36,190 bases of DNA from Dirinaria sp. TL-2023a. Lineage: Eukaryota. Below, in pieces: positions 1-12,444 of this stretch. Under the pieces are notes generated by a model. It had not been told where the DNA came from. It worked only from the letters and a program-made list of their open reading frames with translations, and did not search any database. The position numbers and the translations under genes are program-made. The DNA lies in contig JAVEBF010000064.1 in assembly GCA_051941275.1 (NCBI GenBank), forward strand, positions 1 to 36,190. The letters run 5' to 3'. The first letter of the stretch is position 1. Every line of letters begins with the position of its first letter.

Positions 1-99
<99 letters not shown>

Positions 100-103
100 A
101 CAC
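1..103. repeat. (CA)n/(TG)n microsatellite, 48 perfect units plus a short degenerate tail, truncated by the window edge
   Basis: Read directly: CA repeated over 1-96, then CCCACAC. It lies about 30 bp past the RAV1 stop codon. Confidence 0.99.
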
Positions 104-131
104 CTATACCCGCGCCCCCTCGCGCCCTAAG

Positions 132-3100
132 TCAAAACCCAAAATTGTCCAACAAGCTGTTCGTCGTAGGCTCTTCAAAGACGGGCTTGGGAGGCGGCTT
201 CCCAAAGTTGAATGTCTTCTCCATGGGCGACTTCGGGCTCGGCAGGTCATCGACGACCAGGCTGCTGCGGCGACGCAGAAGCTTCCGAGGATCAGGCGGC
301 TCATCCTTGTGTGGCGAGGAGTGCTCCCGGGGCTGCTGTCTCAGGAACTCCCAGTTACGGACGAGATCGAGCGCGAGCAGATCGCAGCCCATGCGCTCGT
401 AGAGCCTCGCGTTTTGGATGACGAAGTCCCACTCTGCGCGCGGGGAGACCTTCGAAGCGCCTTTGAGCGTCTGCAACGTCTTGTCCCGGAGCTGCTTGTA
501 GAGGACCACAAGGGCGGGATCGCTGGACAGGTAGGATCTTGACTGCAGGTTCGGCGTTTCTGGCGTGTCGAGCAAGGTATAGACCGGGGAGATGAGTGCG
601 CGTACAGCCATGTCGCGTCTCCCAAGCATCCAAAACGCCCACGTAGCGAGCCAAGGACTCCCTTCGAAAGCCGCTTGTGGTAAGACTTTGTCCTCGAGCA
701 GGGATTGCAAGACTGGGCTTGTATCGCCATCATAGACGCGTGCAATCGCCACGGCCAGCTGCATATCGTTTAGTTGATTCGCACAAACATCCACTGCCGC
801 TTGCAGATTGTCAGCTAGGAGAAAGAATGCTGCAGCGTATTCAAATCTGTGTCGACCCAGGAGCGCATAAGCGTTCTTCAAGGCTGCTGTCTTCCATCGA
901 GAATCCTGGAAGTTGTTTGACAGTAATCTCTGTGTGGCAGACTGCTCTCTGTTCCAGGATGCCATGCGCCATAGTCCGATGAGCACGTTCTTCTTCCGCA
1001 GAGCCAGGTAGTAGAGACTGCAATCGACCGGGTTTTTCTCGTCTGTTTTGGTGTATTCATTACGGGCTATGACTTCGAACTGCGCTTTCAAAGCTGTCAA
1101 ATCAGATATCCACATGAACATGCCACTTTCTTTGGCATGTGCCCAGAGCATTCGGCCGTTAAACTGGCGGGTAACCAGGTCTACAAGTATGTCTTGGCTG
1201 CCACTGTGGTACGCCCAAACAATCTCTCTCCAGCTGATGTTGACTCGGCCTTCGGGAGCTTGACCTTTCCTCAGCATGTGTTGGCGGAAGAAAAGCAGAT
1301 ATCGCATGGCGTTTTCATCCATGGAACGCCTGTGCTTCTCAGCTGTTGCGAAACATTCGATCATATCTGCCAAATGAATCTGCTGGTGGCTTGATAACTG
1401 TTGGATTGCTAGCTTGGCAAGATTCTCATTTAAGGACTTAGCGAGCTCTTCTGTGACAGTATCTGGCTCATCAACGCTTGTAAATTCGGCGTATGAAGAG
1501 CCCATTTCTTTGGCTGCAAGATTGAAAACCATCTGAACTCATTAGCTTAATTCGAGGAAAATGTTTACCACCTTACCTCTTGCTCCTCAAAAAAATCCTG
1601 AGGCGACAGAGCGACGAAGCTATCTAGTGAGTCGCCTGAGGTGAAGAATCGAAGAGTTTTGTACAGGCCTACAATGATCTTCTGAACCTGAATGGTCTTG
1701 CCCGCCAGAATACACTGGCCTAGAAATTGCGGGTGAAAAACAGGTAATGGGCCGTTCAAGAAAGCAACGAGTTTGAAAAGATTCATTGGTTTGTCCTCGT
1801 GTACGGGAAGTGAAAACTCCGTAATCATCTTGTCGGATGTTGTTACCTCCTTGTCGTATAGGAAGAGCTGATTGCCTGCTCCTACAACTAGATTGCCACT
1901 TCCAAGCCAAGTGCTGTCCCCAATTGGATGAGGAGTTGACTCTCTGATCTGGATTTCGCGGACAGCAGCCCATGCAGGACCTCTGCTTAAATAGTCAAAC
2001 CGCATCTGAGCCAATATGATGACAGTATGAGGGAATCCAACGGCCAATATCGATTGATCATCTGGGGTCGACGACCAATCGAGATCCTGCACAATGTATT
2101 CCGATTCGTATTGCATCTCATGCTCGAGCTGGCCGCTGCTCATATCCCAGATAGTCAGGCCGGTCCTCGATGAGTCTACTACCGCACTTTTACGCTTAGA
2201 GCTCGCACTTGCTAATGAAGGTCGGACTATGCCAGTCTCTATCAGGGATGTTGAGAGCCATTCCACAGTCCGTTTCTCGATATTGAGGGCAGCTGTCCAC
2301 GTACAAAGTCCCCCATTGTCAGTAAAAGACACTGCAACATCTTTGGCGAAAGTGTCAAGGAACCCTGACGCCAACAACGGCGATCCAGCTGGATCCACCG
2401 GCAGGATAGAGGTAAGATCATCCCTGATATCTGCCTCAAATGTGCAGAACTGTTCAATCCTCGGTCCAATAGAAGACTGTGCAAGGCCAGAGTTCACAAG
2501 CACCTCCCAAACCACACCTTTCATCCTGGAACTAATGGTCGCCAAATATACAACTTTTGAATTCATCTTCGGCTGTGGCAGTAAAATCAGGCACATGGGG
2601 TTTCCCTCTAATTTGTAGTCACACGAAGTGATCAGCGTTGCCAGTGGAGAGCGCGCATCCCAAAGGGATATACTCTCGCGATGCAGGTTGATAACGATGT
2701 TCCCATTTTCCAACAGCACGGTCCGATGAATGTACTTTGGGCTGCTCAAAGCACTTGTCCTGATCAAAGCTGTACCACGTCTGTTACTCTGTTGTTTCCA
2801 CACAAGCCCTTCGTTGTCGCTCGTGCGAGATATGAGCGCACTTCCACTGGTATTCCTTACAATCTTCTTAATAGCCGTAGCGTGACCGGACCACAGAGCT
2901 TTCTCGTTAATACAGTCCTGACGATAGGATGGATCAAAAAGCTTCTCAGGCCTAATGCCTACCCATTGTATTCGGCCGTCAAAACAATGTATCAGTAGGT
3001 CGATTCCAGGGCTGGATCCCTGGTTACAAAAGGCGGTCAGTTGCAAGTCTTCCTTATATGAATCTGTATCATGTAATATGGTAAGGTTGAGATCATCGAC

Positions 3101-4226
3101 ATGTATGATATTAAAAATGTTCGTGCTGGTCCGTGCTTTGCAATCCACATTCTCCACTCCCCAGGCAGACATATGACCGTTCATGTCCAGAATGACACAT
3201 ATTTCTGGCTTTCTCTGAGCAATGTCAGAAAGATGGTCCACCGCATGATGTTCCTTTCTAATCTCTGTGACCGTCTGTTCCCGGATGTGGTCGAACAAAT
3301 GGCGAAAGTCATCGTTGTTCAGGAAAAAAGCATAACGAGCATCCGGTCGAAGTAATCGCTGATTTAATCTAGGCTGAATAGACTCCAACATGTCTATCTC
3401 TGCACACATCTGAAGAGCCTGCAAACCATGAGGGTCCACAGCCGCCCAAACTCTAATCTTCTTGTCGGCGCATATCGAGTACAGTACATTACTGTTCAAG
3501 GCGTGCTCACCATCGCGACAATCGCGCCAGTGCAGTCCGGTTATTGCTGCTGCATGGGGCAGATATGTGAAATCGAATCTAGTGTCCTCGGCGCCAAAGG
3601 ATTGTCGGCGCCATACCTTTACCAGCGGATCAGAATAGCCCGTAGAAGCGATGAGGCTGGCATCGGGAGAGAAAAAGGCAAATTTAACAGGCTTAGGCAG
3701 TTTACGGTTCCATATCACCGATCCGTCATCGATAGTCTGTAGAAGTTGCAACGATAATGAACCGAGGAGTAGCTCATTCGTTTGGCCCCAAGATAGAGTT
3801 GGGATGCCCAAGATCTCGTTAGAAATTGAATATAGGGATTGAAGTGACCACTGTGTGCTGGGTTAGAATTGTGTGACTTCGTTTCGCGTGGCGCAGGTTA
3901 CCTTCAGTGCACCTTCTTCTCGCCCATATGGCCGATAAATATACGCGGAATTTGTATCACATGCCGCGATTTTGCCAGTGGAGTCACTGAAGACCACGCT
4001 TTCGAATGCATTGCAATCGTCTTGATAAACTGTTTGAACCAGAGTACAGGGACCTGTCAGGATGCTGAGAGCATTGCCGGAGATGTAGGCCTGGGATCCA
4101 CCAAGAATCAGAGCGAGCTCCTTGCAGGGGGCTGAGGCTTCTTACCACGACTCGGTGACCCTCCCATAGCCCGGCACATAGAGACTGAAGCCTAGCCTGA
4201 GGCTTACCCGGCAACACAGCTCGCAT
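132..4226 (-). CDS. RAV1: RAVE complex subunit Rav1 (V-ATPase assembly; WD40 repeats plus Rav1p_C; rabconnectin-3 alpha/DMXL family), ~1314 aa
   Basis: Exons 4226-4146, 4090-3902, 3850-1577, 1532-132 join in frame across phase-0 GT..AG introns of 55, 51 and 44 nt with CTGAT/CTAAC/CTAAT branch sites. N-terminus MRAVLPGKPQ, WD-like repeats, and C-terminal motifs DPVDCSLYYLAL-like (NPVDCSLYYLAL), RWKTAALKNAYALLG, FEYAAAFFLLAD, YERMGCDLLALDLVRNW. Confidence 0.93.
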
Positions 4227-4719
4227 TAGGCCAATCTGCTGTCGGTACTAAGGTACTAGACAAGGCCGGCACGTCGTATCTCTGCATAGTAAAGGAGTGG
4301 ATGGCGAATGCAAGATCAGAGGTTGGGTTGTTGAAAGTATTTCAGGTGCGAGCAGGAAGGAAGTACTATGTGTCCTCTGAGAAGGCAGGAATGAAGAAGA
4401 CTCAAGGACACTGACGCTGCCGGCAGCGTCTCGACGAAAAATGAACGAAAGGCCCGGGATCGAGTAAATTATGGATGCTGAACAGCGAGACAGCTTGGCT
4501 AGCTGGAAGATTTGCTTTTGTGAGAGCGCCGCGTGATCTCATCGCTGCAGGTTCAACCGAGGACATTCAATGTACCTTACGGTTACTGTACACGGTAATC
4601 TTACACTTATCTCGGTTATCTGGATCATCTGCGTCTTGGCGCCGCGACCGAAGAGATACGGGACCGAGGCGCGAGGGACCGAGGGGACCTAGGTGATTAG
4701 CTGAGATATCAACTTATCA

Positions 4720-4730
4720 AGGTAAGGTAA
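4720..4730 (+). promoter_or_regulatory. Recurrent intergenic motif AGGTAAGGTAA, copy 1 of 3
   Basis: Exact 11-mer also at 14310 and 29578. Neighbouring TAAGGTA/TACCTTA at 4249, 4573 and 4762, and GGGACCGAGG direct repeats at 4660 and 4675. Function is inferred only. Confidence 0.5.
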
Positions 4731-5049
4731 TTAAAGGTAGGAAATTGTCTCTGGTCTGGACTAAGGTACCAGCAAGGTGATCGTGAACGCCGACATGGCC
4801 ATTGACTGAGGGCAAAAGCTGCGTCAAGACTCTCATTGCAGAAATGAACTCTAATCATCATGCAATATCGTGTTTCTACGTTGATAGTCCACGACTCTGT
4901 ATACTACTATAGAACAGCGCTGAAAGCATCGTAAGAACCATTTCGTAGTGGGTATCATCGCTTAAAGACACGACAGCCGTAATATCCAAATGTGCCGAAT
5001 TATTAGCACTTTCCTCTCAGGTTACCCGTAAAGCATCAGTCGCCGCCAC

Positions 5050-8000
5050 TCAAGACATTGGAGTCCTTGGCGGACCTTCAAGTACGGCGGCGAATGTGTT
5101 GTCCCGAAGAAAGCCGGACCGTGTCATTCTGTCTTGACGGACCGAGCGAGGCTCTGTGGCCAGCTGGGAGCGCAGACGGAGTTGAAACGGTGTTCCTGCC
5201 GGGGTTGTAGAAGCTTCAATGACAGCTTTTGCCCGGGCAGCTCGTTTGGAAGGAGTGCTAGGGTATCCTGGTATAGGCACGCTGTCCACTTGGGCTTCTA
5301 ATGCCGGGATCCACTCGCTCAAACTAAATTCGCCTTTGTCAATGGACCAGCCCTCTGGGCGAGCATGATCGTGCTCCGAGTGGCTGTCTGCAAGTATTCT
5401 GCCATTCCACGTTGTGTCAAAAGCTGAGGTATGCCCTTGCATGGGGCGGTGGAGGCGCTTTGCGGTTCTGTCAAGCCACTTTCTGAACATATTGTAATAT
5501 TGGCGTCTTTCATGGTATCTCCTCAAAGACAAAGCATTTGGCTCTTGGCCACGCAGGTTGATCATGCGTAAGCGCAGCTGATGAAGGCAGTTCAAAGCAA
5601 TATCAGAAGTCCGCATATTGTCGTGAACAAGGGCTAGATTCACCCTCCAAAATTGTGCCCGGAGTCCGTCAGACCAGGCTCGGAAATGTTGAATTAACAT
5701 GAGCGTTTTGTAGTGCTGTTCCGCTTGGCTTATCTGGGCTGTCATTATACGTGTCTGCTCTCTCCAGGTGTCAAACACGCCCGCCGCGAACCGCAACAGC
5801 CGTTCCTCATTATGGGAGTGAGCTCGTCCTTTCAAGTCTTGAATGACGGCCGTTCCGAGGGTCCAACTGTATAACACACGCCTGGCAAGATGGACTTTCG
5901 CGATTCGCCGGAGCTGTCCATAGGCATTACGGCGCTTTTGCCGTTTTGATTCGATCATGGCGTTCTTCCATTGCCTCTTGATTAACCTGGTCGCAAGAAA
6001 ATAAAAGTCCGCATCGTTTGCCCAACCTTTGAGACTCTGGACATGATGGATCTTGGACTTCCACGAGTGCAATGTGTCCTCCTGTATCTTGGGAGCACAA
6101 AATTCGTAGGCAAGCTTTTCGTCTCGATGGCGAAGCTCGTTTCTCCAGCGCCACTGTATCATGATAGATCTTGCGCAGCTCCATTTCCTTACCGCTTCGA
6201 CTGTACTAGCTGCGCTGTCCCGGTGTCCCTTCGCTATGGACCAGTGGCCTCTCCATGCTGAGAAGGCTCGTTTCATAACCCTTTCCTGATATAGCCGATG
6301 TAAGAGTACGCAGCGTTGGACAAGCACCCATCGGTAGAGCGCTTCGATGAGCACGCGGTCATCAATACTTCTGACAAGGATACGTATTCGCAGCAGATCA
6401 TTCCAATTGGTCCAAGCATCCCTCTTAATACGCAATCGCTTTACCAGATCCGCTTGCCGCTCGTTCCTGCACCGAGCAACAACCGTAGCAAATATTGTAC
6501 CAGCCACTCTCCAATCGACCATCCGTGAGATCTCCCGTATTAGTGGAGCGTGTTGGGCCCTGCGCTGCCACGTTGAGATGGCTCGCGTGCGCGTCCTTAT
6601 CATATTGAAAACCGATGCTGCTTGAAAGCTTTCCTCTGTGCTTCGAGCTCTTGTAAGCCATAGCGAGAAATGCTGCCTTGTAGCCTCATAGCTTCTTTTA
6701 TGGGTTAAATGCTGCTCCCACCCTAAAATCTGCCCCCGCCTGGATACCCAGCGCATGAAAAACCTCTTCTTCAACCTGGTGGTTCTCCATTCCGGTGCAC
6801 GATTCTCACAGAATGTCCAGAACCAGCGCCAATAGACCTCTTTAACGACGTTTCGATTACTGTACAAAACTGCTTCTATGTTCTGTGAGTGGATTTGACC
6901 AGCCCTTGAATGCCAGACTTTCAATGCTGACAGAAGCTGAAAGTGGCGTATTTTGAGCAGGTTGACTGTAGTGAGTTCGAGCCAAGCACTGAAATACTTC
7001 ATCTGTAGCACCTTCTTGCGAGCTTGTAGGACTCGCAATCGCTCTTCGTGGGTGCATTCCAGCCAGTGAGAGAAAGCTTTTGATAGGAGATAAAAGTCGC
7101 GCACTTTGCTCACTCGTCGTTCTTGGTGTCCAAAATATTCTTCAATCTCAGCTACAGTTCGCCTTTGTTGGCATCGCCTCCGCCATTGACTAAAGCTTTG
7201 ACTTAGCAGGTCTCTTATGTCGTACTTGCTCGCTCGCGCTGCCATGGAATCGTGCTTTTTTTGAGCTCGAAATGCTAATCCGCACCATTTCTCCAGGACA
7301 CCGCGTGCGACGTGTTGAATCCTGTAGTGTGCAAAGGTCTCAGCATCCCGCAGAAGTTGTGTCTCTGAAGGACGATATAAGAGTGCCAATTGATCTACCA
7401 CATAGGTTGCTTGGGGATTGATCGTAACCTGCGCAGCACGCTGCGCCTCATGAAGCTGATGATATCCTCCCGCTTCAGCTCCCACATCCGTCGAATCTGG
7501 CGAATCATGTAGAGTGGGCGCACCCCTTCTGTTACGAGATTGCGGTTGATTATCGAGACTCTCGGTAGTCAGCCTATTCCGCACAGAGCTGGAATGGCCC
7601 TGCAATGACTGTGCCCTCGTCTTCTCTGTCGGTCTTGTGGTTGCCCTTGTGGATGGGCGACGAACTTCTCGCGTCTCTTCCGCCGGTTGTAACTGCGACA
7701 TCGAAGCTCGTGATCGAGGCCGATAAAGGATTGCTCTGGTGCCTTCGTTGCCATCTTCGTACAGATAGTTGAGGGGACTACGACCTGAGCGGTGCCTCGG
7801 TCTGTTGCTGCTTGAATGCTGGCGCATGGATGTCTCTGTTTCAATCTGAGGCTGCCCTTCGAGAGGAATATGTTCCGTAGCTTCATGGCTCTTGACGCCG
7901 TCCTCATCGATCTCAACCAAAATCCCGAGCTCGGCGAGGAGAGCCTCAAAATTCTCGTGAAGTGACAAATTCGGTCGTTTGTTGTCACCCAACCTAAACA

Positions 8001-8271
8001 AGAAACGGAGATAAATCTGGTCATGATTTGGGTCAATTCCATTCTGCGCAAGGACTTCGTCATATGCGGCAAAGATGGCGCGAAATGGAAGCGTATCGGC
8101 GCAAGGGTGTCGCTCTGCAGAGGTAATGATGCGATAGAGAATTGCAACATCTGGACTCATACGTTAGCTAATCTTATAACAGGATGTTAGAGCGCACACA
8201 CCTTCATCAGTGAGAGTAGGATAGTCCTCAGGAGAGATTTCTGGTTCGAAAGGTGGGCCTGCTGGAGGCAT
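5050..8271 (-). CDS. SFI1: Spindle pole body half-bridge protein Sfi1 (centrin-binding Sfi1 repeats), ~1056 aa
   Basis: Exon 1 8271-8202 (MPPAGPPFEPEISPEDYPTLTDE), 51-nt intron GTGTGT..GCTAAC..CAG, exon 2 8150-5050. Many periodic Trp-containing helical repeats (e.g. LLSQSFSQWRRR, LSKAFSHWLE, MKRAFSAWRGHW), plus conserved-looking LPFRAIFAAYDEVL and PGYPSTPSKRAARAKA blocks. Confidence 0.88.
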
Positions 8272-8454
8272 CGACAGGTGGGGCGCCTGCTACGCGATGT
8301 CGAAGGCATGAAGGCATAAGTGGTCAACAATGGGTTGCAATCAGCGAACAATGGCAAAATAAAGCAAGACGGAACCTGCAGATGAATGCGGTGCAAAGCT
8401 AAAGATGCAGCAGTGGTGGATAATGTTTGGATGTTGTTGAACAAGAAGGCTTCG

Positions 8455-8469
8455 AACGCGAGTCGCGTT
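8455..8469. promoter_or_regulatory. Palindromic pair of MCB/SCB-like elements, AACGCGA-G-TCGCGTT
   Basis: Perfect 7-bp inverted repeat of ACGCG cores about 190 bp upstream of the SFI1 ATG, in the SFI1/COQ2 divergent promoter. Confidence 0.5.
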
Positions 8470-8886
8470 GTAAAAACACAAGCTTTCAAAGCTAGAGCTA
8501 AAGTGGACTAGCATTGGGCTTTTGCGAGGGCCGAGGGGATTTTTGATTACGGTCAGAGGTAAGAAATATGTCTCGGGCCGGGTGATATTCCGTAGCGTCA
8601 CAGCTCTTACGACGCTGGCTCGCTGGCTCGGCTGGCTTTCCTTATGCCATTGAGCATGAACGATTCAATGCCTCAAGCATTTTGTTTTGTCATTGTTTCT
8701 GTTCATGCTCGCTTCGCACTATGAATTTTCATGTCCTCCTGTCGCACTGTCGAACCAATCCGACAGAACCAAAATGCTGTTGAACACAGAGGGAACAGTA
8801 GCAGTGATCATGCATGCACCGCACCAAGCTTTGCTTCATCTGATCACTGACTGTGCTGGACTACTTAACGTTGTTCCGTGTTGACA

Positions 8887-10182
8887 ATGAATCTTGTTTC
8901 CCAAGCAAGACATAGTTCGATGCGCATACTGTGCAAGAACAAATTCACTCCGATACTCGCCGGTTTCCGCCAATTCATTCGACCTACATGTGGCGATTCC
9001 AACGTTGTTCTGCAGCCATGGAAGCTACCTGAAACTTCAGTCAGGCCCTATTACGCAGGCAAGAATGGCGGTAATCAGACGCTATTCAAAGGTACTACAG
9101 TGCTAAGCTTTGGACGCTACTCAGGCAAACAGGGGCACCGACTTTCAAGCTCAAGGTCATTGCCTGACTCAGAGCTCTCAAGATCATCAGTTGTGCCTAT
9201 TTCAGGTTCCGGTCCACCAGTATATGAACGACCAAGAACTGGCCTACTTTCGCTTTTACCAGAATCATGGGTTCCCTTCGCTGAACTGGCCCGGCTTGAC
9301 AAGCCAACCGGTACCTACTATCTCCTTTTTCCATGTCTCTTCTCCACGCTTTTGGCTGCGGACTACACCGGTGCAACTCCGTGGACCGTGATGACAACTT
9401 CGATGCTCTTTGCAGCCGGGGCACTCGTAATGCGCGGAGCTGGCTGTACGATAAATGATCTCTGGGACCGTGATCTCGATCCGCACGTCAGTCGGACTCG
9501 TCATCGGCCTATCGCTCGGGGTGCCGTTACTCCCCTGGCAGCATTGACTTTCACCGGATTACAACTTTTCGCAGGCCTTGGCATACTCACTCAATTCCCT
9601 CCATCTTGTTTATATTTTGGAATACCAAGTTTACTCTTGGTAGGAACCTATCCTCTCGCAAAGAGGGTGACTAACTACCCACAAGTAGTTTTGGGTTTCA
9701 CATTTTCGTGGGGAGCGTTCATGGGCTTTCCAGCCCTTGGCATCGATCCCTTTGCAGATCACGCTGTAGTGAAAGCGGTTGGGGCATTGTACGCAAGCTG
9801 CATTGCTTGGACAGTACTATATGACATGATCTATGCCCATATGGACCTGAAGGACGATGCAAAGATTGGTATTAAGAGTATTGCATTACGGCATGAAAAA
9901 CAAACAAAACTGGTCCTATCAGGGCTCGCAGCCACACAGATCGTGCTGCTATCACTCGCTGGATCAGCAATCAATGCGGGCCCCCTTTTCTTTGGTGGTA
10001 GCTGCGGATGTGCGGCTACCACGCTGGGCTTGATGATATGGAAAGTGGAATTACGAGAAGCGAGCAGTTGCTGGTGGTGGTTCAAGAATGGCGCCTTGTT
10101 CACTGGGGGGGCTATCGCTCTAGGATTGATCGGAAATTACTATTCTTCAATGACCAACCAAGAGGAGAAGCTTACAGCATAA
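8887..10182 (+). CDS. COQ2: 4-hydroxybenzoate polyprenyltransferase, mitochondrial (UbiA family), intronless, ~431 aa
   Basis: RLDKPTGTYYL, the Asp-rich motifs GAGCTINDLWDRDLD and YDMIYAHMDLKDD, RTRHRPIARG, YPLAKRVTNYPQ, several TM segments and a basic N-terminal presequence. The start could be ATG 8887 or 8920. Confidence 0.95.
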   Translation: MNLVSQARHSSMRILCKNKFTPILAGFRQFIRPTCGDSNVVLQPWKLPETSVRPYYAGKNGGNQTLFKGTTVLSFGRYSGKQGHRLSSSRSLPDSELSRSSVVPISGSGPPVYERPRTGLLSLLPESWVPFAELARLDKPTGTYYLLFPCLFSTLLAADYTGATPWTVMTTSMLFAAGALVMRGAGCTINDLWDRDLDPHVSRTRHRPIARGAVTPLAALTFTGLQLFAGLGILTQFPPSCLYFGIPSLLLVGTYPLAKRVTNYPQVVLGFTFSWGAFMGFPALGIDPFADHAVVKAVGALYASCIAWTVLYDMIYAHMDLKDDAKIGIKSIALRHEKQTKLVLSGLAATQIVLLSLAGSAINAGPLFFGGSCGCAATTLGLMIWKVELREASSCWWWFKNGALFTGGAIALGLIGNYYSSMTNQEEKLTA

Positions 10183-12332
10183 TTGATGGCCGAGGAGACG
10201 TTTCCGGATGACGGCGTGTTTCTACTCCACTGTAGCTTTACGATCTGCCGAGTTGAGAAAACTCATGAACCTTGGTCCAGCAGGCGCGTTAGCTAGGGGA
10301 TTCGCTTAAGGAGAAGGAGAATTAGAATGATGGAGTCTTCGCTGGTCTTCGCTTATGAGCATCTTCTGACGCTTCGGTGTACTAAACCGCATCAAAGATA
10401 CGTATTAGGAGAATTGTCCGAGGTATCTTGGTGACCAAAGCGGCTTTCAGTATGGCATCACACGATGATCCTCAACAAGGAATTAGTCACGAGAGACCTA
10501 TTCAGTGACTCCCAACTTACTTAAATGTACCTTATCATCAACCCGGTCACTAACAGACTGAATACGGAAGTTCCAATCCAGTCACTTCGGTCGGACCCCA
10601 CGAGAGAACAATGAAGCCATTCGCTAAATCCGCTAGAGTCATTTGACGTTGCCTCTGACTAGATTTCAACTGCAGCATCCGCCTCGGCTACGAGCCTATG
10701 GTCACACCTCCGCATCCTTGTTAAATGCTGGCATGTCAGCTGAGGCTGCCGAACCAGGGCATTCAGGGGTCAGGGCCATGGGAAGCTTTGCATTCAGGTG
10801 CCTGCATGGTGATGAGGCGCACTACGATGCCTGGTAGGCGAGTAATAAAATGCTCCGAGTCTGAGTGCCGCCCAGAATTTGCTTTTTGTGAAATCCATCA
10901 ACAAGCCATCCGCAATAACAAAGAGTTCACGACGCGTTTGGTATGAGGTCCGCTGCCTCAGAGTTAGCGTGGGAAACGGTCAATGCCAGGATCATCAAAT
11001 TTCAAGGACCTCCCCACATACTGCAGCCTTCATTCCGCGCATCGCTCCGTGCATCCTTATTCAATCGGAGGTTGGAACGGAATAACGAGCCTCAATGACA
11101 TTTTACCGCAATAAGCAAGTCACGACGATCAAAGTCGCCATTTCCACTTGTTCCAGCGCAATGAAGCAGGTCTCTCCTTGCTGACCTGCCCTTTACAGCC
11201 GTATCAAGGAATCGGACGCAACCGAAGATAAGGGACAGTCTGCGGGCCGCACGCGAGATGTTCGCAATTCGCAATGCTAATGTTTTGGCCAATTGGAGTC
11301 TTGCCAGCACTTTGTTTTTAATTGCTTTTGCAAAGCTTCGCCTAACCATACGAATAATAGATTGGGTGGTGGCACGAGGTACGAGGTGCGAATACTTCTA
11401 CCAGTTATGCTTGCCTCCATCGATGATTTGCTGGTGGTCTAATGCCACCACCTCTATCTACCCGAAGTGCCCCTAGACTAGATCGGGACGCTCGTCCAAG
11501 AGCTGAACGCGCTTCTCGATTTGCCAAAATGCCGATGACAGGCTGCAAAGGTACCCGGTATCCGACTTTACTCTATCAGAATTGTTGAACGAATATTCCA
11601 GTGTAGAGAGCGATTAAAAAACGACGGACAGGCTTATCAGCGCCACGGCACTTCCCCCACAACTAACTCCGTACTTACCTTCACCCGGCTGCACACCACA
11701 CAGTACACACCCACACCATCAAGAGCCCCTTGCAAGCATTCACGCTTTGCAGTGGCACTCCAGTTCTTGGAGCTGGAAATAACCGGCCAATCCCATGCCG
11801 TCCAGACTACCCTCCTCGTCAGACAGATTGACGTCTTCTGCAAACCCTCTTCTTCGAAGATGCCCATGCAACCGCAACCATCCGTTGTACACCACACCTG
11901 CAGGCCAAGCCTGTAACTGTACACGGACCACTGTCGAGCTTGGTCACTAACAATCGGTTCATCCATCTTCTCAAGCTCTAGCTGCCTAGCCTGGCAAGCT
12001 TTCCGCATTCTCAACAAATGGCTAATGTTGTACGCTGGTGCTTGACGCCATTGGCGCAACCAGCGTGATCAGCACATGCATCACGCTGCACACGACCACA
12101 GAATCCTCAAAATCAGCAATTTCAGCGACAAGGACCTGCCTCACAAAGCAAACATGGCCGTCGATCACTTTCTTTGTACGGTCCAAAGCTGTCACTACCC
12201 TGGGTGCCAGGGTCCTGAAGAATCAAGATGGTGTATCCCGAGGCCTTTCCTTCTACCGAGGAACGGCCCCTCTCGTGTCATGTCTGACAAGTAACACTCA
12301 GTGTCACTTCGACAGGCGGTAGAGCAAATGTC

Positions 12333-12338
12333 TATAAA
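12333..12338 (+). promoter_or_regulatory. TATA box of the aspartic protease gene
   Basis: TATAAA 112 bp upstream of an ATG in good context (GCCAACATG). Confidence 0.55.
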
Positions 12339-12444
12339 GCAGACCTGCTACCCCGCTGGAAACCCCCATCCTGCTATCCCCAAAGACAAAGCGCATCTCC
12401 ATCAGCCAAGTCTTCCACGCGGTGTCTAAAACACCTTCGCCAAC

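Noticed and set aside
1..103. Telomere (yeast-like C1-3A) at the window start
   Set aside because: It is almost pure CA. Filamentous ascomycete telomeres are typically TTAGGG, and a core gene abuts the repeat with no subtelomeric sequence.
132..3811. Two separate genes or a frameshifted pseudogene (ORFs 132-1532 and 1565-3811)
   Set aside because: A 44-nt GTAAGG..GCTAAT..CAG intron (1576-1533) joins them in frame as one RAV1 gene.
7569..8150. 193-aa alternative-frame ORF inside SFI1
   Set aside because: Its ATG arises at the splice acceptor of the real exon, and the product has no domain-like features.
11671..11682. U1 snRNA-like 5' end (TACTTACCT)
   Set aside because: The match stops after 9 nt, with no U1 stem-loops or Sm site following.
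10643..12322. Short ORFs between COQ2 and pepA
   Set aside because: No codon bias, motifs or consistent splice structure; most use non-ATG starts that are not expected in a fungal nuclear gene.
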